Assembly (NCBI GenBank): GCA_963719495.1 | Contig: CAVRCI010000009.1 | Coordinates: 143,409-207,408, forward strand | Source: an uncultured Verrucomicrobiae bacterium | GTDB lineage: Bacteria > Verrucomicrobiota > Verrucomicrobiia > Chthoniobacterales > JAATET01 | DNA: 64,000 bases | Reading direction: 5' to 3' | Part shown: positions 9,871 through 20,137 of the stretch, piece by piece | Position numbering within the stretch: position 1 is the stretch's first letter | Layout of the letters: each line of letters starts with the position of its first letter | The notes under the pieces: model-generated | Seen by the model: only the letters and a program-made list of their open reading frames with translations | What the model was told of the DNA's origin: nothing | Database searches by the model: none | Made by a program: the position numbers and the translations under genes

Positions 9871-9976
9871 GATTGAGGATTGCGGATTGCGGATTTGGAC
9901 GAGCGGATTGCGGGTTGGGCGGGGTGGTCGGGCGGCAGCGCCAATCCGAAATCCGCGTTCCGCGATCCGAAATGGA
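9871..9976. repeat. Inverted pair of heptamer arrays (GATTGCG-like / CAATCCG-like) between rpmJ and rpsM
   Basis: gattgag gattgcg gattgcg gatttgg ... caatccg aaatccg cgttccg cgatccg. Confidence 0.8.
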
Positions 9977-9977
9977 A

Positions 9978-10091
9978 TCAGCCCTGCTTCTGCTTGTGGC
10001 GGGGGTTTTTGCAGATGACGCGGACGACGTTCTCACGCTTGACGATCTTGCAACTTTCGCAGAGGCGCTTGACTGAGGCTCGGACTTTCAT
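9978..10091 (-). CDS. rpmJ: 50S ribosomal protein L36
   Basis: Manual translation [37 protein letters not shown] (37 aa; too short for the ORF track). Confidence 0.97.
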   Translation of the reverse strand: MKVRASVKRLCESCKIVKRENVVRVICKNPRHKQKQG

Positions 10092-10286
10092 GATTTCAGG
10101 ATGAATAAATTAATTGCGGTGGCCGGAGCCTTGTCATGCGGCGTCGCTGCGGCCCGGACGAGTGGTCTGGGAGGATGCGGATGATGGGCATCCTCTCCTG
10201 GCTCCGGCAGCTTGGTCGGGCGTCCCTCCGGCCCACGTCCGGAGACGCGGAACCATCGTCTAGGGACACCTCGACGACCGTATTCG

Positions 10287-11054
10287 CTACTTCAATAGCG
10301 ATCTCCGGTTGGATGTCAACACTTCCGGTGCTCCGTCGGTGATTAAAATCGTGTGCTCGAAGTGGGCCGATGGCGATCCGTCCCGGGTGACGACCGTCCA
10401 CTTGTCGTCGAGCACGTCGACTTCGCTCCGCCCCAGGTTGATCATTGGCTCGACGGCAATCGTCATTCCCGACTTCAGTTTCGGCCCCGTGCCCCGCTTG
10501 CCGTAATTGGGAACCTGGGGGTCCTCGTGCAACTTCCGACCCACCCCGTGGCCGACGAATTCGCGCACCACGGTGTAGCCGTTGCGGATCGTCTCGGCTT
10601 CGATGAAGGAACACATGTCGCCCAAACGTCGCCCACCCCGCGCCAATTGGATCGCATCGTTGAGAATCTGCTCGGTCACCCGGAGCAGGCGTTCGGTCGT
10701 CGGATCGATGATCCCGACCGGAATCGTCGACGCGGTGTCGCCAATGTAGCCGTTGAAAATCACACCGCAGTCGAGCTTCACGATATCGCCGTAGGCAATT
10801 TTGCGCGGCCCGCCGTAGCCATGGACCACCTCCTCGTTCACGGAGATGCAAAGCTGGCCGGGAAACGTGCCCCGGTAGTTTTTGAAAGCGCTCTTGGCAC
10901 CAGCCTCGGCGATCCATTCGCCCGCCATCTCATCGAGTTCCTTCGTCGTGATGCCGGGGACGATTTTATCGGCGACCCGATTCAAAATGCTGGCGGCCAA
11001 GTCGCCGGAGCGGCGCATTTTCTCGATTTCCGAAGTCGATTTCCGCGGGATCAT
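10287..11054 (-). CDS. map: Methionine aminopeptidase type I
   Basis: CISVNEEVVHG, GDTA, FVGHGVGRKLHEDPQVPN, AVEPMIN, SAHFEHTI. Confidence 0.97.
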   Translation of the reverse strand: MIPRKSTSEIEKMRRSGDLAASILNRVADKIVPGITTKELDEMAGEWIAEAGAKSAFKNYRGTFPGQLCISVNEEVVHGYGGPRKIAYGDIVKLDCGVIFNGYIGDTASTIPVGIIDPTTERLLRVTEQILNDAIQLARGGRRLGDMCSFIEAETIRNGYTVVREFVGHGVGRKLHEDPQVPNYGKRGTGPKLKSGMTIAVEPMINLGRSEVDVLDDKWTVVTRDGSPSAHFEHTILITDGAPEVLTSNRRSLLK

Positions 11055-11710
11055 CGGGCGACCTCCCCGTTCAAAGCGGCGACGATTGCGTCCGAGACCC
11101 TAGCCCGATCGACGGAGGCATCGATGTCGGTGAGAACGCCAGTCGTGCGATAGTAATCGATCACCGGATCCGTCAACCGCCGATGTTCCTCGAGTCGGCG
11201 GGCAAGCGCCGTAGGCGTGTCGTCCGAACGCCGCTCGAGCTTGGCACCACAATCCTCACACGCGTCGCCCGGCGACAAATTGTGAAACGTCATTCCATAC
11301 GTTGCGCCGCATCGCACGCAGGTAACCCGGTTGAGAATCCGGTCCTCGATCACCGCATCCGGGAGGGTGAGATTGATCGCCAGATCGATCTTCGCGTCCC
11401 GCTCGCTCAAGGCCGCGTCGAACTCCCGCGCCTGTCCAATCGTCCGCGGAAACCCATCGAGCACGAATTTTTCCCAATGCCCCTCGTTCAGCCAGTTGAT
11501 CAGAATGCGCAGCGCGACTTCGTCCGGAAAAAGCCGACCTTCCCGGGTCCAGACCTCCATTTCCTTACCCAGATCGGTGCCGCGAGCCCGCTCTTCGCGC
11601 ATCATGGCGCCCGTCGATGCGGACGGAATGCCGTGAGCGTCCTCGATCAGTTCCGCCTGCGTTCCTTTGCCGGACGCGGGCGGACCTAACAGGACGATTC
11701 GCCGATTCAC
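11051..11710 (-). CDS. adk: Adenylate kinase (Zn-lid type)
   Basis: LLGPPASGKGTQA, LDGFPRT, CxxC...CxxC lid, RSDD. Confidence 0.96.
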   Translation of the reverse strand: MNRRIVLLGPPASGKGTQAELIEDAHGIPSASTGAMMREERARGTDLGKEMEVWTREGRLFPDEVALRILINWLNEGHWEKFVLDGFPRTIGQAREFDAALSERDAKIDLAINLTLPDAVIEDRILNRVTCVRCGATYGMTFHNLSPGDACEDCGAKLERRSDDTPTALARRLEEHRRLTDPVIDYYRTTGVLTDIDASVDRARVSDAIVAALNGEVAR

Positions 11711-11720
11711 GAATGCGCCC

Positions 11721-13220
11721 CTATTGCCCGGAAGCCAGCCAAACGGTCATTCCAGCGATCACCACAATGGCGATCACCAGATAGATCCAAACCAGCGAGC
11801 TGTCCGAAATGACGGCATTCGATCCCATCCGACGGCTTTCCCGCGACCCGCGGATTTTGCCCTTTCGAAGGAAGCCATCGTAATGACGTTGGAGAAGGTG
11901 AGTTTCGACCTGTCGCATCGTGTCGAGCACGACGCCCACGATGATGAGTAGTCCCGTTCCGCCGAAGAACTGCGCGGTCATGTAGGGAACCTGCAGCCAG
12001 CGGCTGAGAAGCTGCGGCAGCACAGCGATAATCGTGAGGAAGATGGCACCCGCGAAGGTCAGCCGGGTCATCGTGTAATCGAGGAATTCAGCCGTCGGCT
12101 TGCCGGGCCGCACTCCGGGAATAAACCCGCCGTATTTCTTGAGATCGTCGGCAATCTGCGAGGGCTGGAACTGCGTGGCGACCCAGAAGTAACTGAAGAA
12201 GAAGATCATCAGCCCGAAGAAAACGTAGTGCGGCCAACCGACCGTCAACGCGTCGGCAATCGACCGAGCCACCTCAGACTGCGGGAACGCCATCTGCGCG
12301 ATGGTCGAAGGAAAGAGCAGAATCGCCTGCGCAAAAATGATCGGCATCACGCCAGCGTAGTTCACTTTGAGCGGCATGTATTGCGTCTGGCCGCCGTAGA
12401 CCTTCCGTCCGACCACGCGCTTGGCGTATTGGATCGCGATCTTGCGCTGGGCCTGGGTCACGGCAATGACCGCCGCGATCACGATCAGGAGGAAGGCCAC
12501 CATCAGAACGAGCACGACCGGACTGACCTGCGCCGCTCCGTCACCAGTCGGAACGAACGTGTTCCAAGCCTGAATGAGACCCGCTGGCAACTGAGCCAGG
12601 ATGCCGACGGTAATGATCAACGACACGCCATTGCCGATGCCGCGATCGGTGATCTGGTCGCCCAGCCACATCAGGAACATCGTGCCCGCGCTCATCGTGA
12701 GCACGGTGATAGCCCGGAACGCGAAACCGGGATCCGAGACCAACGGAATTCCGAGACGCGTAATCGTATCCATGATTCCCGGCAGAAACGGGTTCGCCTG
12801 CGGATTCTCGAGCGACAGCGCGAGGAGGTAACCTTGAAACACGCAGAGCGCCAAAGTGGCGTAACGCGTGTATTGCATGATCTTCTGCCGGCCACCGTCT
12901 TCCCGCGAAAGTTTACCCAACCGCGGGATCACCGCTGTGAGCAACTGCATCATGATCGACGCCGAGATGTAGGGCATGATGCCCAGCGAGAAAATTGCCG
13001 CCGCCTGAAGCGCGCCGCCGCTGAACAGATTGAAGAGCGCCGCGACACCGCCGCCGGTGTTTTCACCGGCGCTCTGGAACCACACGCGCAGGACTTCCGC
13101 GTTCACGCCCGGCGTCGTGATCGCCGCACCGACGCGCATGATGACGATCATCGCCAACGTGAAGAGCACGCGCTGGCGCAGCTCCGGAATTCGAAAAATG
13201 TTGGTGAAAGCAGAAATCAT
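11721..13220 (-). CDS. secY: Preprotein translocase subunit SecY
   Basis: LGIMPYISASI, GIGNGVSLII, AGVMPIIFA, FIPGVRPG, GGTGLLIIVGV. Confidence 0.98.
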   Translation of the reverse strand: MISAFTNIFRIPELRQRVLFTLAMIVIMRVGAAITTPGVNAEVLRVWFQSAGENTGGGVAALFNLFSGGALQAAAIFSLGIMPYISASIMMQLLTAVIPRLGKLSREDGGRQKIMQYTRYATLALCVFQGYLLALSLENPQANPFLPGIMDTITRLGIPLVSDPGFAFRAITVLTMSAGTMFLMWLGDQITDRGIGNGVSLIITVGILAQLPAGLIQAWNTFVPTGDGAAQVSPVVLVLMVAFLLIVIAAVIAVTQAQRKIAIQYAKRVVGRKVYGGQTQYMPLKVNYAGVMPIIFAQAILLFPSTIAQMAFPQSEVARSIADALTVGWPHYVFFGLMIFFFSYFWVATQFQPSQIADDLKKYGGFIPGVRPGKPTAEFLDYTMTRLTFAGAIFLTIIAVLPQLLSRWLQVPYMTAQFFGGTGLLIIVGVVLDTMRQVETHLLQRHYDGFLRKGKIRGSRESRRMGSNAVISDSSLVWIYLVIAIVVIAGMTVWLASGQ

Positions 13221-13287
13221 AAAATCAGCACAAAAGAGGGAAGGTGATCAAAGGCGGGAAGGCTGGAACGGGCAATCGAAAACAAAG

Positions 13288-13378
13288 TGTAGCGGCTGGT
13301 CTGTGACCGCCGCAGACTCCAAGACCGATCGGTGCCGCCATTGACACAAGCAAGCGGCGGTCACAGACCGCCGCTACA
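13288..13378. repeat. REPIN-like inverted REP pair (GTAG type)
   Basis: tgtagcggctggtctgtgaccgccgc ... gcggcggtcacagaccgccgctaca; same unit at 34756-34844. Confidence 0.85.
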
Positions 13379-13401
13379 AGGACATCGAACACTCAAAAGT
13401 C

Positions 13402-13878
13402 TTATGCTTTCGGGCGAAGAGCAGCCGTCTTCTCGCGGAGCGAGATCGTGCCGCCAACCGCTTCGATTTTCTCGCGGGCCGTCGCCGTCAGATGATCGAT
13501 TTCCAGCGTGAGTTTCTTGGTGATCTCACCACGCCCGAGCACCTTGACGCCGTCGAGTTTGCCTCGAACGAGCCCGTGCTGACGGAGAGCCGCCTCATCG
13601 ACGGAAGCTCCTTCGTCGAACAAGCGCTCGAGGTCATCGAGATTTACCGTCCCAAAGACCGTCTTGAATTGCTTGTTGTTGAAGCCGCGCTTGGGAAGAC
13701 GACGAATCAGGGGCATCTGGCCGCCCTCGAAGCCGGGACGGATCGATCCGCCGGAGCGAGCCTTCTGTCCCTTGTGGCCCTTGCCGGACGTCTTACCCTG
13801 GCCGGAGCTTTCACCGATGCCGAGGCGTTTCTTCCGGTGCTTGGCACCGGGATTTGGTTTCAGATCGTGGAGTCTCAT
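13402..13878 (-). CDS. rplO: 50S ribosomal protein L15
   Basis: [30 protein letters not shown]. Confidence 0.98.
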   Translation of the reverse strand: MRLHDLKPNPGAKHRKKRLGIGESSGQGKTSGKGHKGQKARSGGSIRPGFEGGQMPLIRRLPKRGFNNKQFKTVFGTVNLDDLERLFDEGASVDEAALRQHGLVRGKLDGVKVLGRGEITKKLTLEIDHLTATAREKIEAVGGTISLREKTAALRPKA

Positions 13879-13884
13879 CGGGAA

Positions 13885-14475
13885 TTAGGCGGTAATGACG
13901 GTTTCGTCGGCGACCGCTTCCGTGTCGACGGCGGCGGTCTTGGGTGGCGAAATCCGCTTGCCACGAATGGCCATGATTTCGTCGCGCTGACGGAGAAGCC
14001 CGAGCGCGGTGAAGGTCGCCTTGACGACGTTGGCGTGATTGTTCGAGCCCTGCGACTTCGCGAGGATGTCGCGGATGCCGACCGCTTCCAAGACGGCGCG
14101 GACGCCGCCGCCGGCGATGACGCCGGTTCCCGCCGAGGCGGGGCGGAGCATCACGCGACCGCCGCCGAACTCACCTTCGACCAGGTGCGGGATGGTCGTT
14201 TCGCGCATTGGGTAATCCTTGAGGTTCTTGCGAGCAGCCTCGGATCCCTTGCGGATCGCTTCGGCAACTTCGTTCGCTTTGCCGAAGCCGAATCCGGCTT
14301 TGCCCTTGCGGTTGCCGGTGACGATCAGTGCGCTGAAGCTGAAACGACGACCGCCCTTGACGACCTTCGCACAACGATTGATGAAAACGACTTTCTCGGT
14401 GAATTCCGAAGGCTCCTCCTGGGGGCCGGGTCCGCGACCTTTGCGGTCCCGGCTATTTCTGCGATCCATTGCCAT
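13885..14475 (-). CDS. rpsE: 30S ribosomal protein S5
   Basis: [31 protein letters not shown]. Confidence 0.98.
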   Translation of the reverse strand: MAMDRRNSRDRKGRGPGPQEEPSEFTEKVVFINRCAKVVKGGRRFSFSALIVTGNRKGKAGFGFGKANEVAEAIRKGSEAARKNLKDYPMRETTIPHLVEGEFGGGRVMLRPASAGTGVIAGGGVRAVLEAVGIRDILAKSQGSNNHANVVKATFTALGLLRQRDEIMAIRGKRISPPKTAAVDTEAVADETVITA

Positions 14476-14499
14476 AATGCTAATTCCTTCGAACGGGGG

Positions 14500-14856
14500 T
14501 TAAAAGTCGAAGCCCGCTTCGCGAGCCGCGTCGGCGAGGGCCTTGACCTTACCGTGATATTGGAAGCCGCCGCGGTCGAAAACCACGCGCTTGATGTTTT
14601 TGCCGGAGGCGCGCTCGACGAGGAGTTTGCCAACTTTCTGAGCGGTCACGACGTTGGCGTGGGCTCCGCCCTCGGCCTTGAGATCCTTTTCGGTCGTGTG
14701 AGCCGAGGCGAGGGTTTTGCCGATCGTGTCGTCGATGACCTGCGCCGTGATGTGGCGGCCGGAGAAGTGCACCGCGAGACGCGGGCGCTCGGCCGTGCCC
14801 TGAACTTTTTTGCGAACGCGCTGGTGGCGAACTTTGCGAATATTGAGATGTGCCAT
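14500..14856 (-). CDS. rplR: 50S ribosomal protein L18
   Basis: [29 protein letters not shown]. Confidence 0.98.
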   Translation of the reverse strand: MAHLNIRKVRHQRVRKKVQGTAERPRLAVHFSGRHITAQVIDDTIGKTLASAHTTEKDLKAEGGAHANVVTAQKVGKLLVERASGKNIKRVVFDRGGFQYHGKVKALADAAREAGFDF

Positions 14857-14874
14857 GGGATGTTTCCTGGAAAA

Positions 14875-15414
14875 TTACTGGACCTTCTTGCCTTCCTTGC
14901 GGCGGACGACTTCGTCGGTGTAGCGGACACCCTTGCCCTTGTAGGGCTCCGGTGGGTAGTAGGACCGGATGTTCGCGGCGCATTGGCCGACAGACTGCTT
15001 GTCGATCCCCTCGACGGAGATTTTCGTGTTGTCGGTCACGGTGACCGTGAGGCCCGACGGGATTTCGTGATGGATGGGGTGCGAGAACCCAAGGCTTAGG
15101 TTCAACTTCGAACCCTGGACGGCGGCCTTGAAGCCGACACCCTGAATCTCGAGGTCGCGTTTGAACCCGGTGCTGACGCCGGTGATCATGTTATTGACCA
15201 AAGCGCGGGACAGACCGTGGAGCGCGCGGACGCTGCGGGCGTCGCTTTCGCGTTCGAAGGCGGCTTTCCCGTCGGCGACGGTGAGCTTGATGGCCTTCGG
15301 CAAGGTCCACTCGAGCTTACCCTTCGGTCCTTCGACCGTGACGAGGCGATTGCTGCCTTCGGACACTTGGACCTTTTCTGGCAGGACGATTTCTTTTTTT
15401 CCGATACGTGACAT
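14875..15414 (-). CDS. rplF: 50S ribosomal protein L6
   Basis: MSRIGKK, PEPYKGKG. Confidence 0.98.
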   Translation of the reverse strand: MSRIGKKEIVLPEKVQVSEGSNRLVTVEGPKGKLEWTLPKAIKLTVADGKAAFERESDARSVRALHGLSRALVNNMITGVSTGFKRDLEIQGVGFKAAVQGSKLNLSLGFSHPIHHEIPSGLTVTVTDNTKISVEGIDKQSVGQCAANIRSYYPPEPYKGKGVRYTDEVVRRKEGKKVQ

Positions 15415-15448
15415 GGCTGGAATTCGTTGAGGATTCGTTTCTTCGGAA

Positions 15449-15844
15449 TTACCAGACGTAGGCGAGGAGCTCGCCGCCGACCTTCTTACGCCGCGCTTCG
15501 TGGCCGGTCATGATGCCGCTCGAAGTCGAGAGGATTGCGATACCCATGCCACCGAGAACGCGGGGAATCTCGGTCGATCCAACGTATTTGCGGAGACCGG
15601 GCTTGCTGACGCGCTTGAGGCCAACGACCGCGGACACCTTTTTGACGAACTTCGTCTGGATCTTGATGATGGGAAACTTACCGGTGGTGTCCACCTCGTA
15701 GTCTTTGATGTAGCCCTCATCCTTGAGGATGCGGGAGAGTTCGCCCTTCATCTTGGAGAAAGGGACTTCGAAAACCGGCTTGCTGACGGCGGCTGCGTTG
15801 CGCAGGCGGGTCAGGAAGTCGGCGATTGGGTCGGATACGGTCAT
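15449..15844 (-). CDS. rpsH: 30S ribosomal protein S8
   Basis: DPIADFLTRLRNA, SKPGLRKY, GGELLAYVW. Confidence 0.98.
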   Translation of the reverse strand: MTVSDPIADFLTRLRNAAAVSKPVFEVPFSKMKGELSRILKDEGYIKDYEVDTTGKFPIIKIQTKFVKKVSAVVGLKRVSKPGLRKYVGSTEIPRVLGGMGIAILSTSSGIMTGHEARRKKVGGELLAYVW

Positions 15845-15903
15845 GATATGTGCGGCGATTCGAGCTGTGGCTCCCGGGACGAAATGCCGGGAAACCTTTC
15901 AGA

Positions 15904-16527
15904 TCAGCTTTGGGTCGCGGCCTCCTCTTCGTCTTTGGCGTCGTCGGTCTTGGCGACGGGCTCTGGTTTGGGTTTGTCCGAAAACGGCACGCCGAGTTCG
16001 ATGAGTAGATCCTTCGCTTCCGCGTTGGTGGTGGCCGTCGTGACGATCGTCACGTCGAAGCCGATGTTTCGTTTGATTTTATCCAGTTCGATCTCAGGGA
16101 AGATCGATTGATCCGAGACGCCGAGGGTGTAGTTCCCGTTGCCATCGAAGGCTTTCGGAGACACCCCGCGGAAATCGCGGATGCGCGGGAGCGACGTCTT
16201 GATGAGGCGCTCGAGGAACTCATACATCGTGCGTCCGCGGAGGGTCACCTTGGCACCGATGGCCTGGTTCTCGCGGAGCTTGAAGTTCGCGACACTCTTC
16301 TTGGCGACGGTCTCGACCGGGCGCTGACCCGTGATCGCGGCGATTTCGTTCTTCGCGATTTCGAGGGACTCCTTCACGTCCTGAGCGGAACCCACGCAGC
16401 TGTTGATCACGACTTTCGTGACCTTCGGGATCTGGTGCGGGTTCGTGTAACCGTGCTTCTCGCGAAGCGCCGGGATGACGCGTTTGCGGTAGTCGGTGAG
16501 AATTTCTGGTTCGGCTAGAGCGGACAT
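15904..16527 (-). CDS. rplE: 50S ribosomal protein L5
   Basis: ITGQRP, FKLRE, LPRIRDFRG, FDGNGNY. Confidence 0.98.
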   Translation of the reverse strand: MSALAEPEILTDYRKRVIPALREKHGYTNPHQIPKVTKVVINSCVGSAQDVKESLEIAKNEIAAITGQRPVETVAKKSVANFKLRENQAIGAKVTLRGRTMYEFLERLIKTSLPRIRDFRGVSPKAFDGNGNYTLGVSDQSIFPEIELDKIKRNIGFDVTIVTTATTNAEAKDLLIELGVPFSDKPKPEPVAKTDDAKDEEEAATQS

Positions 16528-16533
16528 GGTCGG

Positions 16534-16806
16534 TTAAGCGGCCTTTTTTTTGTTGGTCTCGCCTTTCTCGGTGAGTTTGACGTTCGAAATGTGGATCGGA
16601 CCCTCCTGCTCGAGGATCGCGCCGTTCGGCTGATCCTGAGATTTCTTGTGGGTCTTCTTGATCATACGCACGCCCTCGACGAGGACCTGCGACTTGGTGC
16701 GAATCACCTCGAGGACTTTGCCGGTGGAGCCCTTGTGGTTCCCGGCGGTGACTTCGACGACGTCGCCGCGCTTCACGTGAAAAGTGGTTTGTGGCTTCTT
16801 GATCAT
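16534..16806 (-). CDS. rplX: 50S ribosomal protein L24
   Basis: KOW motif [20 protein letters not shown]. Confidence 0.97.
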   Translation of the reverse strand: MIKKPQTTFHVKRGDVVEVTAGNHKGSTGKVLEVIRTKSQVLVEGVRMIKKTHKKSQDQPNGAILEQEGPIHISNVKLTEKGETNKKKAA

Positions 16807-17168
16807 AGGACCTCCGGAGCGAGCGAGACGATCTTCATGAAGTTCTTCTCGCGAAGTTCGCGGGCGACGGGTCCGAAGACGCGGGTGCCGCGGGGGTTGG
16901 AATCTTTGTCGATGATGACGACGGCGTTCTTGTCGAAACGCAGGACGGAACCGTCACGCCGCTTGATCGGATGGGCGGTGCGGACGACAACGGCGCGAAC
17001 GACGTCACCTTTTTTGACGGCACCACCGGTCGAGGCTTCCTTGACGTTGCAGGTGATGATGTCGCCGACGCCGGCGAACTTCGTCGCCTTGCCGATGACG
17101 CCGATCATGTGAGCCCGACGAGCGCCGGTGTTGTCGGCGACTTCGATATTGGAGAGGAGCTGGATCAT
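16803..17168 (-). CDS. rplN: 50S ribosomal protein L14
   Basis: [27 protein letters not shown]. Confidence 0.98.
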   Translation of the reverse strand: MIQLLSNIEVADNTGARRAHMIGVIGKATKFAGVGDIITCNVKEASTGGAVKKGDVVRAVVVRTAHPIKRRDGSVLRFDKNAVVIIDKDSNPRGTRVFGPVARELREKNFMKIVSLAPEVL

Positions 17169-17175
17169 TGGATAA

Positions 17176-17451
17176 TCAGTGCTGAATGACCTCGACCAAG
17201 CGCCAGCGCTTCAAGCGACTGAGCGGGCGGGTTTCGGCGATCACGACGCGGTCACCTTCCTTGGCCTCGTTTTTCTCGTCGTGAGCGTGGAACTTGGCGG
17301 TGCGTTTGATGATCTTACCGAACCGGGGATGCGGAACGCGGCTGGTCGTCATGACGACGATCGTCTTGTCCATTTTGTCGGAGGTGACGATACCGATCTG
17401 CGTCTTGCGCAGCGGGCGGGTCGGGGATTCGAGGGTGGCTTCTTCGCTCAT
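17176..17451 (-). CDS. rpsQ: 30S ribosomal protein S17
   Basis: [20 protein letters not shown]. Confidence 0.98.
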   Translation of the reverse strand: MSEEATLESPTRPLRKTQIGIVTSDKMDKTIVVMTTSRVPHPRFGKIIKRTAKFHAHDEKNEAKEGDRVVIAETRPLSRLKRWRLVEVIQH

Positions 17452-17454
17452 GGC

Positions 17455-17658
17455 TTAGTTGGCGGTGGCGGCTTTCGACTTCTCCACGATCACGGCTTCG
17501 ACCCGCGCGACGTTGCGGCGGATTTCCTTGATCAGGTGGGGTTTCTCGAGCTGTCCGCCCTGTTGCTGAATGCGCAGATTGAACGCTTCCTGCTGGAACT
17601 CGCGTTTGCGAGTGGCCAGCTCCTGGAGAGTCATCTCGCGGGCTTCTTGAATTTTCAT
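17455..17658 (-). CDS. rpmC: 50S ribosomal protein L29
   Basis: MKIQEAREMT...FNLRIQ...IKEIRRNVAR; position between rplP and rpsQ. Confidence 0.95.
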   Translation of the reverse strand: MKIQEAREMTLQELATRKREFQQEAFNLRIQQQGGQLEKPHLIKEIRRNVARVEAVIVEKSKAATAN

Positions 17659-17671
17659 CGTATCGTTAAAA

Positions 17672-18088
17672 TTAGGCGTGGTGCCGGGAGAGGAACCGCG
17701 TGCGGACCGGCAGCTTGTTGGCGGCGAGGCGCAGGCACTCCTTGGCGAGCGACTCGGGCACGCCAGCAAGCTCGAAGAGGACGTTGCCCGGGCGGACCGT
17801 GGCGACCCAGTATTCCGGCTGGCCCTTACCCTTACCCATGCGGGTCTCCGGTGGGCGCTTGGTGACGGACTTGTCAGGAAAGATCCGGATCCAGAGTTTG
17901 CCTTTACGCTTCATGTGGCGGTTCATCGCAACACGGGCGGCTTCAATCTGGGTATTCGTGATCCAGGCGCGCTCCAGAGTTTGGAGTCCGTATTCGCCGA
18001 AATCAATCGAGAGACAGCGGGACGCGTTTCCTTTTCGGCTGCCGCGCTGCGACTTCCGATACTTCACGCGTTTGGGCATCATTGGCAT
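17672..18088 (-). CDS. rplP: 50S ribosomal protein L16
   Basis: [23 protein letters not shown]. Confidence 0.98.
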   Translation of the reverse strand: MPMMPKRVKYRKSQRGSRKGNASRCLSIDFGEYGLQTLERAWITNTQIEAARVAMNRHMKRKGKLWIRIFPDKSVTKRPPETRMGKGKGQPEYWVATVRPGNVLFELAGVPESLAKECLRLAANKLPVRTRFLSRHHA

Positions 18089-18139
18089 CTCAGTATCCTC
18101 CTAAAAATTCTATGGTTTCGATGGGTTCGCCGGTCGCGA

Positions 18140-18823
18140 TCAGACAGCGGCGACGGGTTCAGGAGCTGGCGGCGGAACCGCTGGCTTCTCTTCTTCCTTC
18201 TCAGCGGGCTTCACGACCCAGCACTTCACACCGATCTTCCCGGCGGTCGTGTCGGCTTCGCAGAAACCGTAGTCGATCGGCTGGCGGAGCGTGTGAAGTG
18301 GGATGGTTCCCTCGCGATACCACTCGGTGCGGGCGATTTCCGATCCGCCGAGGCGGCCGGAGATGCGGACCTTGATGCCCTCGGCACCCATGTCCATGCC
18401 GGTCTGAACCGAGCGTTTCATGGCGCGGCGGAACGAGATGCGGCGGGCGAGCTGGCTCGCGACGTTCTCGGCAACGAGCTGCGCGTCGATCTCGGGTTTC
18501 TTGATTTCGATGATGTCGATCTTGACCTGTTTGCCGCCAGCGATGTTGGCGATCTCCTGGGTCATGATTTCGATCTCGGAACCCTTTCGGCCAATGACGA
18601 CCCCCGGGCGGGCGGTGAAGATCGTGATGCGGACCGTATTCCAAGCGCGCTCGATGAGAATCTTCGACATCGCGGCCGTCTTGAGACGGTTCTCGAGGAA
18701 TTTGCGGATCTTCGCGTCGATGAAAATGAATTCGCTGAGCTCCTTCTTGGAAGCATACCACTTCGACTTCCAGTCACGAGTGACCGGGAGGCGGAATCCG
18801 ATTGGGTTGACTTTCTGTCCCAT
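18140..18823 (-). CDS. rpsC: 30S ribosomal protein S3
   Basis: MGQKVNPIGFRL, ARPGVVIGRKG, PLHTLR. Confidence 0.98.
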   Translation of the reverse strand: MGQKVNPIGFRLPVTRDWKSKWYASKKELSEFIFIDAKIRKFLENRLKTAAMSKILIERAWNTVRITIFTARPGVVIGRKGSEIEIMTQEIANIAGGKQVKIDIIEIKKPEIDAQLVAENVASQLARRISFRRAMKRSVQTGMDMGAEGIKVRISGRLGGSEIARTEWYREGTIPLHTLRQPIDYGFCEADTTAGKIGVKCWVVKPAEKEEEKPAVPPPAPEPVAAV

Positions 18824-18826
18824 AAC

Positions 18827-19309
18827 TTAGCTTTTGGTCTCCTCGGCGACGACTTCCGTCTCCGTGGTCGGCTCGGCGGCTGGAGGCTGCTCGTCCTTCG
18901 TTTCTTTCTTCGATTTTGGCGTCTTGGCGGTCGACGTCTTCTTCTTGGCACCCTTGGGCTCACGGCGGACGATTTCGATCTCGTCGGTGAGGGTGATCTT
19001 GATGTGGGCGGTCCGCTTGCGGATCGGGCCGGCACTACCGCGGGCCTTCGGACGAAAACGCTTGAGGGTCGGGCCTTCGCCGACGACGGCTTCCTTCACC
19101 ACGAGGCTTTCGGTGCGCAGGTTGTTGTTGTTTTCGGCGTTCGCGATGGCACTCTTGAGCGTCTTGACGATGAGCACCGCGGCCTTCTTCGGCGTGAATT
19201 GGAGAAGACTGAGCGCGTCCACGGCGGGAAGACCCTGGATCTCCTTGGTCACCTCGCGGGCCTTGAAGGCCGAGATCTTCGCGTAGCGATATGTCGATTG
19301 AACCTGCAT
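18827..19309 (-). CDS. rplV: 50S ribosomal protein L22 (C-terminal extension)
   Basis: KSAIANAENN, EGPTLKRFRPKARG, KRTAHI. Confidence 0.97.
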   Translation of the reverse strand: MQVQSTYRYAKISAFKAREVTKEIQGLPAVDALSLLQFTPKKAAVLIVKTLKSAIANAENNNNLRTESLVVKEAVVGEGPTLKRFRPKARGSAGPIRKRTAHIKITLTDEIEIVRREPKGAKKKTSTAKTPKSKKETKDEQPPAAEPTTETEVVAEETKS

Positions 19310-19342
19310 GAATGTTTTCGTTTGAGTGTCTAAAAAATTGGT

Positions 19343-20131
19343 CTAATTCCGGGCGTCGACCCGGAGTTGGTCCCCGATTCGGATCGGGTTCTTGTCGTTC
19401 TCTAAATTCTGAATCACCGCTCCGCTGATCGCTTCCCGCACGTCGACCACTTTGACCTGGCCGACTCGGTTGCCGTCCCGCCACACCTCGAAAGGCATGC
19501 CGATTTTGACTCCCTGCTTGTCCCCGACGTTGGCGACCACGAGGGAGAATTCGTCCTTGAGTTCGACGACCATCCCATCGGAGAGGCTAGCGGCGAAGGG
19601 AGTCGCGGGGACCGCTTCGGGAGCGGATCCAAGCAATTCCTTCGCCTTCCGAAGTTGCGTTTCCGCTGCCATTCGGGCATCAGCCGGAATTTCGCGGGCA
19701 GATTGGATAAGGGTTAGGACGGTCTCTGTCAACTCGATCAATTGAGTTTGCAGCTCGGCGTTCTCTTTTTTCGCAAGTCGCAGGTCCCGGACTGCGGCGA
19801 TGAGCCGTTGCTCGATCTTCGACGTGTTGCCATCGAGTCCGTCGATCCCGAGCGCCTGCAGCTTGAGCGAGAGTTCCTCGGATTGCCGCTTGAACATCTC
19901 GGCCTCGCTGTTCGCGCTGGCGAGACTGCTCGTGAGAACCTTCACACTGTTTTGCAACAACAGAAGGCGCTCGTAAATCGGTGCGTCGCCCGTGAACGTG
20001 TCGGTCCGGCCGCCCGCAATCACTTGCGGGACGCCTGATTCAGAATTTCTCAAAGATCGATTGTCTTGTCCGTTGACGGGATACGTCAGCGAAAAGACGC
20101 AGAGGCCTGCCACGGTTGCGGCAAGTTTCAT
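19343..20131 (-). CDS. Hypothetical secreted coiled-coil protein inside the S10 operon
   Basis: Signal peptide, heptad-rich middle, C-terminal beta domain (VVANVGDKQGVKIGMPFEV...IRIGD); 6-nt gap from rpsS stop. Confidence 0.8.
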   Translation of the reverse strand: MKLAATVAGLCVFSLTYPVNGQDNRSLRNSESGVPQVIAGGRTDTFTGDAPIYERLLLLQNSVKVLTSSLASANSEAEMFKRQSEELSLKLQALGIDGLDGNTSKIEQRLIAAVRDLRLAKKENAELQTQLIELTETVLTLIQSAREIPADARMAAETQLRKAKELLGSAPEAVPATPFAASLSDGMVVELKDEFSLVVANVGDKQGVKIGMPFEVWRDGNRVGQVKVVDVREAISGAVIQNLENDKNPIRIGDQLRVDARN

Positions 20132-20137
20132 CCTCCG

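Noticed and set aside
9861..9944. Apparent N-terminal extension of S13
   Set aside because: It is translation of the heptamer array; the canonical start is ATG 9860
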